DNA of 64,000 nt from assembly GCA_963707485.1 (NCBI GenBank), contig CAVPQS010000080.1:39475-103474 (forward strand), written 5' to 3'. This DNA is from an uncultured bacterium (GTDB lineage: Bacteria; Zixibacteria; MSB-5A5; CAIYYT01). Under the pieces are notes generated by a model, which saw only the letters and a list, made by a program, of their open reading frames with translations, was not told the origin of the DNA and searched no databases. Shown here piece after piece: positions 22,039 through 30,653 of the stretch (position 1 is its first letter; the number at the start of each line of letters is the position of its first letter). The position numbers were made by a program, and so were the translations under genes.

Positions 22039-23406
22039 CTAATATATTTTGAGGAGCTCCTCCAAGGATATTACAATGCCATGTTCTCCTAAGGCCGCTT
22101 CCCGCTTTTTGAACAGGATTGATATTGGCTCACCGGTCTGGCTCTCCTCCCCCTGATGAAGCAACCTATGGCAATTGGGACAGAGCGCCACGACATTGCC
22201 GGGTGCATCCAAACTTACGTCGAACTTGTCTTGGAGCACCATCGGAACCAAATGGTGCGCTTCTACGTAGTTCTTTCCGGTCGCGCGTGATGTAAATGTC
22301 TTGTGTGTAGGATCAAGCATACAAGAAAAATCAGCTTCCACTAGCGCATTCTTCGCTATTCTCGGATCGCGCTTCCAGACTCGGCCGCTTACGTCATTCG
22401 AACTCGGTTTTTGGATGGGGCCGGAGGGTAAGTCGCGGGCTTCCGCAGTCTGGACCTGTGCCTGAAATAGTGATTCGTCGCTATCATCATCATTAGCAGC
22501 ACCGCCAATGAACGACAAGACCTTCTCCACGATGGGTTGTTCAGCACGATCTGCGGCAAACCATACGTTGGACCGTCCCATGCCACCCTTTCCCGTGGGA
22601 ATTTCGATACCGATCTGATCTCTTACACTCTCAGTCAAGAGAGTCTGATTGCCGTCGGTGGTAGTTATGTAGTATCCAAGCTCCTCGCCCCTATAAGTAC
22701 GCTCTGAGCCCTTAGGAGGGATCTGTCGCTTTCTATACACGGTGGCATTCTTGTACCAGCCTACGATCCGGCGGCGTTTTGAGTGAGGCGATTTAGAAAC
22801 GAATATAATAGTAACCCCATCCACCATCTCGTCATCTGCGGACGCGCCAAGACGTTCTATCCTAATCGATCCGTCTTCAAAGTCGTTCTTGGCCACCGGT
22901 TGGACATACCCATATAGTTTCCCTGCAAATGGTCTGAAATTCAAGATCTCGAAGCCGTAGCCGTGTTCATCTACATATCTGCCACCGCCCTCGATTCGAT
23001 CGGATTTATCCGGAGGAATTCCCTGATAGAACTTCATCCAGCCAATGTTGCAGAAGAGCACTTTCTCCGGAGCTAACAGTGGGCTTCTCGTATTCAGTTT
23101 GTCATTCGTCTGCACGACTAACAGCTTCGCATCTTTCGATATCGTAAATCTTAGGTCACAGCTTGAGTAAGCCAGCATCCGTTGGTCATTCAGCAAACTT
23201 CTCAATGCATCGGCATGCGCCATCTCTGATTTGAAAGCAAAATTACGTCTGCTATAAACTTGGCCATGCCAAGACGCTCTATTTCCAAGTTTCTTTATTG
23301 CTGAAACGTCGAGCGTTGCTGATTTACCGTTTGTCACAGCTTCTTCAATCAGAGTTGCAATGGCGTTCCTTATTCCGAGCCAAAATGCATCGTATTTGCT
23401 AGCCAT
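22039..23406 (-). CDS. Multidomain HNH endonuclease (McrA-like C-terminus)
   Basis: RDPRIAKNAL..YVEAHHLVPM..NVVALCPNCHRLLH; central FCNIGWMKFYQG..IVGWYKNATVYR domain. Confidence 0.85.
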   Translation of the reverse strand: MASKYDAFWLGIRNAIATLIEEAVTNGKSATLDVSAIKKLGNRASWHGQVYSRRNFAFKSEMAHADALRSLLNDQRMLAYSSCDLRFTISKDAKLLVVQTNDKLNTRSPLLAPEKVLFCNIGWMKFYQGIPPDKSDRIEGGGRYVDEHGYGFEILNFRPFAGKLYGYVQPVAKNDFEDGSIRIERLGASADDEMVDGVTIIFVSKSPHSKRRRIVGWYKNATVYRKRQIPPKGSERTYRGEELGYYITTTDGNQTLLTESVRDQIGIEIPTGKGGMGRSNVWFAADRAEQPIVEKVLSFIGGAANDDDSDESLFQAQVQTAEARDLPSGPIQKPSSNDVSGRVWKRDPRIAKNALVEADFSCMLDPTHKTFTSRATGKNYVEAHHLVPMVLQDKFDVSLDAPGNVVALCPNCHRLLHQGEESQTGEPISILFKKREAALGEHGIVISLEELLKIY

Positions 23407-23427
23407 TTCCGGACCCCTTTCCTGCTC

Positions 23428-24369
23428 TCATCCGGTATGAGCCGGCGGGTTCATCTTCTTCCACTTGGTATCAGTCCATTCGTATTTGAACGGATAGCCA
23501 AACCCGGCGGCTTGAAGTGGTTTCAACAAAAATTCTCCAATCGCTTTTACTAGCTGCGGAAAAGCAACACCGAAATCTTCAAGATCATTCCGGTTTATGA
23601 ACGCCTTCCACTGATTATTCTTATCCGTGGCGTCGGCAAATTCATGACTCAGGGCAAGAGGTATCTTCTCAGGAATCGGAGTGCCTCTGCGTTCGAATGT
23701 AGCCTTGATCGCTTGAACAAGAGTATCGCCGTCAAACGAAAATGTCTTAGCCAGAATGAAAACATCATAGAAATCTTTCATTCGACTGTTAGCCATTCCC
23801 AAAAACACCATCGACTGCAATTTCTCCGCGATCTGAGTCTCTTTGGGATAAGCTCGGATTCGAGGAGCCGGATATTGAAGCAATACCGGATAGCTGATGA
23901 CATTTGCTTTGGGGGTTACAGCATCACCGAAACCGACATCGATCTGGATTCTGATTTTGGCATTACCGAGAGTTACATTTACTTTCACCCGCTGTCCCGG
24001 GTACTCCTGATTTTCACGAATCTCTTCTATGTCAACGCCGTCGGCATCGAATTCAAGTCCATCCTTCTCGACCTCTGCCCGACATATCTCACTAATTGCT
24101 GCTCCGAGAGTTTCGGCTTCGGCCTCTCCAAAGCCAAGCAAGTCAAGATCACGAGTCGGTCGATGCACTTCACCTATCCAAATAGCCATCAGCATCGCAC
24201 CTTTGAGAATGAATCTGTCGGCGTGTTTAGATTTGGATAGCCGATACAAGAATCGTTCTATCGCATAACGTGTCAGGATTAGATTGAAATCCTCTTTACG
24301 TTCGCGACTGAGATTCAAGAGACGTTGACGAACTGAAGCATCGAGATCTGTAGGCTGTTTCTTGCTCAA
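23428..24369 (-). CDS. abiEii: AbiEii-family nucleotidyltransferase toxin (type IV TA)
   Basis: SVRQRLLN, YAIERFLYRLS, FILKGAML, RPTRDLDL, IDVGFGD, AEKL, NSRMKDFYD; TTG start overlaps the antitoxin stop. Confidence 0.9.
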   Translation of the reverse strand: MSKKQPTDLDASVRQRLLNLSRERKEDFNLILTRYAIERFLYRLSKSKHADRFILKGAMLMAIWIGEVHRPTRDLDLLGFGEAEAETLGAAISEICRAEVEKDGLEFDADGVDIEEIRENQEYPGQRVKVNVTLGNAKIRIQIDVGFGDAVTPKANVISYPVLLQYPAPRIRAYPKETQIAEKLQSMVFLGMANSRMKDFYDVFILAKTFSFDGDTLVQAIKATFERRGTPIPEKIPLALSHEFADATDKNNQWKAFINRNDLEDFGVAFPQLVKAIGEFLLKPLQAAGFGYPFKYEWTDTKWKKMNPPAHTG

Positions 24370-24968
24370 ACTACGGATTCCAAATATGGTTTCATGATAT
24401 TGGCGACCCTGCAGATTTTGGCGTATTTCCACAGATCATCCATCGTGCATTTACTAGTCCGGTGGCAATCGCGCAGTGCTTCAATGGCAACGTCTAGGCC
24501 TATCTTGTTTCTAAATTTGAAACAATCGGCGACGGTCTTAGCCGGATCATATACTCGGACTGTTACACCTTCGATTGTGTGTTGCTCAACTCCCGATGTC
24601 AGCGCTTGCCCTGAGTATCTGGCAATCCGTATAGGAATTCCCAGATCTCTTGGGCTTCGAGCTTTGTGGTCAATAGCCATCCAGATTTCATATGGCGATT
24701 GGGTTGTCAGACCGTGAAACCTAAGCGCAGAGAGCAGGCAGATTATCCCGGATGAAACCTGCTTGCTGGCCTCAGCTAGACTCCTGTTTTCAGACGGTTC
24801 AGTCTCAGGTAAAGTATAAAGTCCTCGTCCAATCCGACGTAGAAGACCCAGGCTATACAGTTCCTGAACATACTTGCGGTGTATACCGTGTTCATCCATG
24901 TCTTTCGGCCTGACGATACCCAGCCGTCTGACAATTCGAATAATCTGATCCGTAGTTTCCGCATTCAT
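24366..24968 (-). CDS. abiEi: AbiEi-family antitoxin and autoregulator
   Basis: RIGRGLY, ICLLSALRFHGLTTQSP, KTVADCFKFRNKIGLDVAIEAL, CRVANIMKPYLE. Confidence 0.9.
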   Translation of the reverse strand: MNAETTDQIIRIVRRLGIVRPKDMDEHGIHRKYVQELYSLGLLRRIGRGLYTLPETEPSENRSLAEASKQVSSGIICLLSALRFHGLTTQSPYEIWMAIDHKARSPRDLGIPIRIARYSGQALTSGVEQHTIEGVTVRVYDPAKTVADCFKFRNKIGLDVAIEALRDCHRTSKCTMDDLWKYAKICRVANIMKPYLESVV

Positions 24969-24989
24969 AATCAATAACAATATATCATG

Positions 24990-25023
24990 ATATGTCGGCA
25001 GATATTAATAACTGCCGACATAT
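24990..25023. promoter_or_regulatory. Inverted-repeat operator upstream of abiEi
   Basis: ATATGTCGGCAG-ATATTAATAA-CTGCCGACATAT, perfect 12-bp arms; AbiEi proteins are known to autoregulate through promoter inverted repeats. Confidence 0.75.
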
Positions 25024-25250
25024 TATACCACACTGAACAACACTGAGCAACAGAATTGCTGTTACTTCCTAGTGATCTTCCGAGCTTCGACCGGGTTATT
25101 CATGATCGTTGTGAGAACAAGAGTGGCACAGAGTGATTCTTGTGAATCATAACTCTGTAGACGATTGCAACTTACGGAATAGCCGAGGAGGTGTGACCAC
25201 CGAACCTGATAAGATCATATCATATTGTACAACAACGACTTACAAACTAT

Positions 25251-25276
25251 TGGAGGTGGGTGGAATCGAACCCCCG
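25251..25276 (-). repeat. 26-bp copy of the ssrA 3' end (B/A junction att)
   Basis: TGGAGGTGGGTGGAATCGAACCCCCG, 1 mismatch to 54845-54870. Confidence 0.93.
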
Positions 25277-25654
25277 ACTCGCTATGCAGGACAAAGGCTT
25301 ACGTGCCACTGTGTCCAAATTGTGACCGTTTTTGGGGGAGCCATCTTAACCAATAAGACCTGAGGGGTCCACAATTGAGTGACCTTAGTACACGGCAGAG
25401 GAGCAAGGAGAACGGTTTCAGATGGCCAGATCTGCACCTCGGCCGCTCGGAGGACTAATCCTTTTTTCAATCGTTTGGGCTATTGTCCGACTGTCGTATC
25501 TCTGTAAATTGAGTCAATGATGGAAAGGAACATCTTGTGACTTGGAAATGACCAGAACGACCTGCGTCGAAACTGCATTCAGCAAAGGGCATTTATCCAG
25601 AACACCAGCCGCCAAGAGCGTACGTATTGGATCCAAAACCAGGAAGGACTCGAC

Positions 25655-25867
25655 ATGAATAAATACAACCCTAAACACAATTTGCACACGGCCGAACGCC
25701 AAAACGAGGACATCGCTGAGTTGGCTCACTCGTTCTTCGAGACAGAAGGCAGAAGAAATGGCCACGACGTCGAACACTGGCTGCGCGCCGAATACCAATT
25801 GATAAATGGTGGCCTAACCGAGATTAAGGCCAGACAGCGCGCCACCCGAAAGCACACCGGCCAGTAG
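25655..25867 (+). CDS. DUF2934-family small protein
   Basis: IAELAHSFFETEGRRNGHDVEHWLRAE; AAGGA RBS. Confidence 0.8.
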   Translation: MNKYNPKHNLHTAERQNEDIAELAHSFFETEGRRNGHDVEHWLRAEYQLINGGLTEIKARQRATRKHTGQ

Positions 25868-26056
25868 CGGCGTCATCCTTCAGTGCGCCGTAGACGAGGC
25901 TGGCCGCATCGGTCAACGATTTCGCACTCGTGAAGTCCAAAGTTTGTTGCCGCGACGACCTGGTCCAAGTAGCTCTGGATTAGCAGACGCCGCGTCTGAT
26001 GTCATTTGCTGCCATCAGCGGCGTTGTAGCTATCACAGTTTCGCCAGGAGAACAAA

Positions 26057-26422
26057 ATGCAAGTCCAAGTCAACACTGATCATAATATCGAAGTTTGTGT
26101 AGCGAAGGCTGCTAAGGGCAGTGAAGTAATAGAGACTGCCCTGGCCAGATTAAGCGACCGCATAACGCGGGTGGAGGTCCACTTGAGCGACGTGAACAGT
26201 GACAAAAGCAGCGAGAATGACAAGCGCTGCGTGATAGAAGCCCGTCTTGAACGCCGTCGACCCCTCGCAGTCTCTCACCAGGCGGCGACTTTGGACCAGG
26301 CCGTCGATGGTGCGGTAGAAAAGTTAACCAGGCTGATCGAGAGCACCCTCGGGCGGTCGCGCGATAGAAGGATCCATGAAACTGATCAGATTCCGCCTGA
26401 CGCGGAATTGGGAGATGAGTGA
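26057..26422 (+). CDS. HPF/RaiA-family ribosome-associated protein
   Basis: MQVQVNTDHNI, RITRVEVHLSD, DKRCVIEARL, LDQAVDGAVEKL; AGGAG RBS. Confidence 0.8.
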   Translation: MQVQVNTDHNIEVCVAKAAKGSEVIETALARLSDRITRVEVHLSDVNSDKSSENDKRCVIEARLERRRPLAVSHQAATLDQAVDGAVEKLTRLIESTLGRSRDRRIHETDQIPPDAELGDE

Positions 26423-26999
26423 TTCACGACACCATTGGCTCGTCCAGTAATCCTTGTTAATGAGCTGTCTTGTTGGTCGGTTTGGGACTTGATTGCTTTC
26501 GTGACTGTTTCACATCTCTCATCAAGGAGCCCAGCACAGGACGTCACCATCGGAACCGCTCCTTGTTCAGTATCTGATGACTCAAAGTGTTTTCGAAAAA
26601 CCGCCCGGAGAGCTATTGCAGAAGGACTGTATTAATGGATTAGGAGAAGGCGGACCTTTGCTCTGTGTGCGATTTCTCGACAGAATGCGAAGTGATTGAT
26701 AAACTATCGGCAGTGCTAGATCGCACAATGGTCTGGAAGGAGAGTCTCAATTGCTCGTCGATGGCTAATCGACGCGCTTGCCCGATCGTTTGAGCCAAGA
26801 GCAAGCAAGACAGTTCTTTGAGGCACCTGGGAATGAACGGCAAGGGCGCCAACGAGGCGCGCGGACTGATAGAGCTGCCACCGGGACCGGACATCAGCGT
26901 CGAGATCTGCGCGGCAACTTTATGACGAAAGCGTCGAGAAATTCAAAAGATCGTTTATCGAGGACCTGACGAAATCATCGCTGCGACCTGTAATTAGAG

Positions 27000-27566
27000 A
27001 TGAATGGAGGCGAGTTCATGAATCACTGCAATCCAAACGCGGCATCCTATTCGAAGAACGCAACTGCAGTAGTCGCCGATGCTGTGGCCGATTATCCTAC
27101 TGCGTCCCATCTGGAGTTGGCCGAAGTGAAAGACCGCTATCTGCGGCTCTCTGCCGAATTCGAGAATTTCAGGAAGCGCACTCGGCGAGACTCAGAGCAA
27201 GCAGCAGCGGCAGAAAAGGAACTGTTCATCCGGGGCTTGCTTCCTGTTCTCGACAATATCGATCGCGCCTTGGCCGCAGGGCAATCCAATTCCTACAACC
27301 CAGAGCAAAGAGGATTGGAAATAACGCTGCAACAGTTGATCCGATTACTCAACGACCACGGCATCGAGGTTATCGAAGATGAAGGTCAGCTTTTCGATCC
27401 ACACTGGCACGAGGCTCTTTCATTGCGACACGATCCCAGCCAGCCCGATAATGTCATACTTGAAGTCGTTCAGCGTGGTTACAGCCATGGCGATAAGGTG
27501 TTTCGTCCTGCTCAGGTCATCGTGAATGACCTGGGAGATTCCCCCGGAGTCAGCCACGCCAGTTGA
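27000..27566 (+). CDS. grpE: Nucleotide exchange factor GrpE
   Basis: [48 protein letters not shown]; start may be 27018. Confidence 0.9.
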   Translation: MNGGEFMNHCNPNAASYSKNATAVVADAVADYPTASHLELAEVKDRYLRLSAEFENFRKRTRRDSEQAAAAEKELFIRGLLPVLDNIDRALAAGQSNSYNPEQRGLEITLQQLIRLLNDHGIEVIEDEGQLFDPHWHEALSLRHDPSQPDNVILEVVQRGYSHGDKVFRPAQVIVNDLGDSPGVSHAS

Positions 27567-27686
27567 ATTCAAAGACTACTATGAAGTTCTCGGTGTAGCA
27601 CGCGACGCGAGCGACGAGGAGATCAAGAAGGCCTTCCGGAGTCAGGCACGCAAGTATCATCCTGACGTCGCCAAAGACAAGGCTAG

Positions 27687-29041
27687 CAGTTTGCTGAAAA
27701 ACGGCATCTGGAGTCGATAATTTGCGGTTTCGCTGCTGCGATTTCGTGGATTTCGGATTTTGCGGAGGGAAGTGTGTTGTTTTCCGAGTGTTGTTAGGCT
27801 CAGCGGCCGGCTATCGAACCGGCATCGGCGTCAAGTTCTCTCTGTTTTATCTTCAGACCAGTCCCGGATCCGGTTTGAGTTTTGCCATTCGCAACAGATT
27901 GTAGGCAGCGCCGACCATCTCGGCGGCCAATTGCGTTCGCGCTCGACCTTTGTGACGGGTCTTGCGCAACCCGCCAATCGTTTTCATCCAGCCGAAGATC
28001 TCCTCGATGCGTTTACGCACGCGTTGACTAATCGCGTAGTCCTGGCGTTTCCTGATCCGGGCATCGACCGCCGAGCCGCCCGGACGTCTGTCGTTGGCCG
28101 CGATATGCGGCGCAATCTGCCGTTTCTGCAACATCTCAACAAACCCCTTCGTGTCATACCCCTTGTCACCGGCCAACGTCTTCGGTCGCCGGCGTTTCCT
28201 CGCTTGACGCTTCAACATCTGCTCCGCCGCTGACCACTGCGACTTGGTATCCGCCGCTGTTACACTAATGTCCAGCAACAGTCCATGCCTGTTCTCCATC
28301 AAGGCATGGCCATTGTAATACAGCTTCGCCTCCTTTCCCGAACCCTTCCGATACAACCGGCTCTCCGGATCGGTCGTCGATTGATGCGTCTCATTGCTCC
28401 GCTTCTCGCCGTGAAAGTTTACGTTCGGATTGCCTGGATCATCATCGTCATCAGACCGATCACTCTCCTTGCGCCGAAAACTCTTCAGCGAGGCCCAGGC
28501 CTCAATCAACGTCGAGTCCACCGTAAAATGATCGGCGCTCAGCAATCCCCCGTTCTGCGCTGTCTTCACCACACCATCAAAAAATAGCTTCCCGACCTCA
28601 TGCTCCAGCAGTCGCTGCCGATTCTTGCTGAACACCGTCGCGTCGAAACTGTCCTCGACCTGATTCATGTCCAGAAACCAGCGAAATAACAGATTGTAAT
28701 CCAACTGCTCGCACATCTGGCGCTCGCTGCGCACCGAATACAGCGCCATCAGCAGGAGAGCCTTCAACACCCGCTCCGGCGGAACCGATGGTCGGCCAGT
28801 ATGCGAATACATCGTGTCAAACACCGGCGATAACCGTTTCAGTTCCTGATCCGCCAACTTCTTAATCCTTCGGATCGGATGATCGGCCGGAACCCGCTGT
28901 TCCGGCGTCCACAAACTCAAAAATGTCTCCTGCCGATTCGACTCTCCGCGCATGGCAAACTCCTTCTACGAAAATCCGCCAAACGATAACCCCGCCTCTT
29001 TTACTTTTCAACTACAACAAGTAGAGTTTTTCAGCAAACTG
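27687..29041 (-). mobile_element. IS5-family insertion sequence, full length (1355 bp)
   Basis: Terminal IRs CAGTTTGCTGAAAAAC and GTTTTTCAGCAAACTG; CTAG duplication at 27683-27686 and 29042-29045. Confidence 0.95.
27853..28953 (-). CDS. IS5-family DDE transposase
   Basis: [31 protein letters not shown]; [25 protein letters not shown]. Confidence 0.93.
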   Translation of the reverse strand: MRGESNRQETFLSLWTPEQRVPADHPIRRIKKLADQELKRLSPVFDTMYSHTGRPSVPPERVLKALLLMALYSVRSERQMCEQLDYNLLFRWFLDMNQVEDSFDATVFSKNRQRLLEHEVGKLFFDGVVKTAQNGGLLSADHFTVDSTLIEAWASLKSFRRKESDRSDDDDDPGNPNVNFHGEKRSNETHQSTTDPESRLYRKGSGKEAKLYYNGHALMENRHGLLLDISVTAADTKSQWSAAEQMLKRQARKRRRPKTLAGDKGYDTKGFVEMLQKRQIAPHIAANDRRPGGSAVDARIRKRQDYAISQRVRKRIEEIFGWMKTIGGLRKTRHKGRARTQLAAEMVGAAYNLLRMAKLKPDPGLV

Positions 29042-29873
29042 CTAGTGCGGAAGATAGATTCAAGGAGATCAATGAGGCAAACGAAGTTCTCAGTGACCCT
29101 GATAGGCGTCGAAAATATAATGAGCTGTCGGCGGACTGGAACCATCAGGAACGGCAGTCGGCGCGACAGCAGGAGGGGTTCGGCGGAGGCTCCGGGCAGG
29201 CTTCCGAATTTCATTTTGAGGGCACGGGCTTCAGCGACTTCTTCGAACAGTTTTTTGGCAGCCACAGTCGCTCTTCTGGAGGCTTCGGCCGGACGCACAC
29301 GAATGGCAGGGCAAGCGCACAGAACGGTCAAGACATCGAGGGTGACATTCTGGTAACGCTCGATGAAATCTTGCATGGTTCTACTCGCACGATCGGACTG
29401 CAGCGTGCCGATCCCCGAAGCGGACAGTCGACCGAGGAGACATTGCGGGTGAAAATTCCACCTGGCGTTCGGGAATCACAGCTCATTCGTCTCACGAGCA
29501 AAGGCCAGGAAGGCATTGGCGGTGGCGCGCCAGGAAACTTGTATCTGCGCGTGAAGTTTGCTAAGCATCCCGATTTCCGGGTGCGGGGTGCCGACCTATA
29601 TTACGATTTGGAGGTGACCCCATGGGAAGCGATTTTGGGCGCCATAGTTCACATTCCGAGTCTTGATGGCAAGTTGGCTTTGAAGATTCCGGCAGGTACA
29701 GTGGCTGGTCGACAATTTCGCTTACGCGCGAAAGGTGTGCCTGCGGGCGACGGAATACGAGGCAACCTGTATGCTACTGTGTCCATCCAAGTCCCTTCGC
29801 ATACGACACCTGAAGAGAAGACTTTGTGGGAAGAGTTATCCCATAAATCGACTTTCAACCCGAGGAAGGACTC

Positions 29874-30212
29874 ATGAGCAAGCAGTTTGATTCGGATATT
29901 CCCTCCTCGTTTGCTCTGGAGTTGGTACAGCCAAAGCCAAACGTCCAGTACAGCCTCGATGCGGCAGCTCATCTCGCCGGGGTTCCTCGCCGGTCCATTC
30001 TGATCTATTGCCGTGCCGGCCTCATCCGACCTGTCCTTCTCCCACCCCATGGCGTGATGGAGTTCACGGAAGAGGCGATTTACGCCGTGCGGCGAATCGA
30101 GTACTTGCGGACCACTCACGGGCTTGATTTGGCTTGTCTCAAAACGATGTTCGATCTCCTCGATGAAGTTGAGCGTCTGCGCGCCGAGTTGCGCTTTTTT
30201 CGGAGCCGCTGA
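29874..30212 (+). CDS. CbpM/MerR-type HTH chaperone modulator
   Basis: Overlaps the cbpA stop; YSLDAAAHLAGV..YCRAGLI..RRIEYLR..LLDEVERLRAEL. Confidence 0.75.
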   Translation: MSKQFDSDIPSSFALELVQPKPNVQYSLDAAAHLAGVPRRSILIYCRAGLIRPVLLPPHGVMEFTEEAIYAVRRIEYLRTTHGLDLACLKTMFDLLDEVERLRAELRFFRSR

Positions 30213-30245
30213 TAAGGTGAGACGGAAAGGGATGAACTGAAATTT

Positions 30246-30653
30246 ATGAGGAACCAAAAGCGACAGCTCACCCGGGCTCAGTTTCGGCGCTTCATGTTCA
30301 CGAAATCGAAACCCCACCACGAGATGATCGACCTGGTCTCTCATCTCAAGGTCCAATACGGGCTGAAGATCGTCGTGGTCAGCAACGAAGGACGTGAACT
30401 CAATGCGTATCGGATTCGCAAGTTCAAGCTGGACGCGTTTGTGGATTCTTTCGTTTCCTCGTGCTTGGTCCACTTGCGAAAACCTGATGCGGACATCTTT
30501 CGGGTTGCCTTGGACATCGCCCAGACGCCAGCCCAGCCGGTAGTCTATATCGAAAACATCCTGATCGCGGAAGGTTTGGGGATTCGAAGCATTCTTCACG
30601 AGGACTACAAGTCCATGCGCGCGAAACTGGCTTCGCTCGGATTGCAGAGTTAG
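30246..30653 (+). pseudogene. HAD-family phosphatase, N-terminally truncated
   Basis: VVSNEGRELN, RKPDADIF, VYIEN present; motif I (DxD) missing. Confidence 0.65.

Larger units (their letters stand above)
21836..25276. mobile_element. Element B: integrase-less att-bounded defence islet (about 3.4 kb)
   Basis: Bounded by ssrA 3'-end copies; own end motifs (TTGGCACAAA twice at 21980-22001, GTGGCACAGA at 25123); cargo HNH plus AbiE. Confidence 0.8.
27556..29877 (+). pseudogene. cbpA: CbpA/DnaJ class B chaperone interrupted by IS
   Basis: [14 protein letters not shown]; removing 27687-29041 and one CTAG restores DKASAEDRFKEINEA.. in frame through to 29877; no Zn finger; expected start codon reads ACG. 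Confidence 0.9.

Noticed and set aside
19185-25276. GGAATCGAACCC motifs as tRNA genes
   Set aside because: Only the T-arm and acceptor 3' strand are present and they match the ssrA end; they are att copies, not cloverleafs.
25330-25650. Integrase remnant or riboswitch at the left end of element A (54400-54700 also checked)
   Set aside because: No tyrosine-recombinase motifs in the frames I read and no convincing riboswitch consensus; a heavily decayed remnant cannot be excluded without an HMM search.
26635-26969. Possible decayed gene between hpf and grpE
   Set aside because: Short broken frames with no family I can recognise.
28952-29356. IS-derived ATG rescuing the cbpA 3' half, as proposed for ndvB
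   Set aside because: This ORF is out of frame with cbpA, and the J domain is split anyway.
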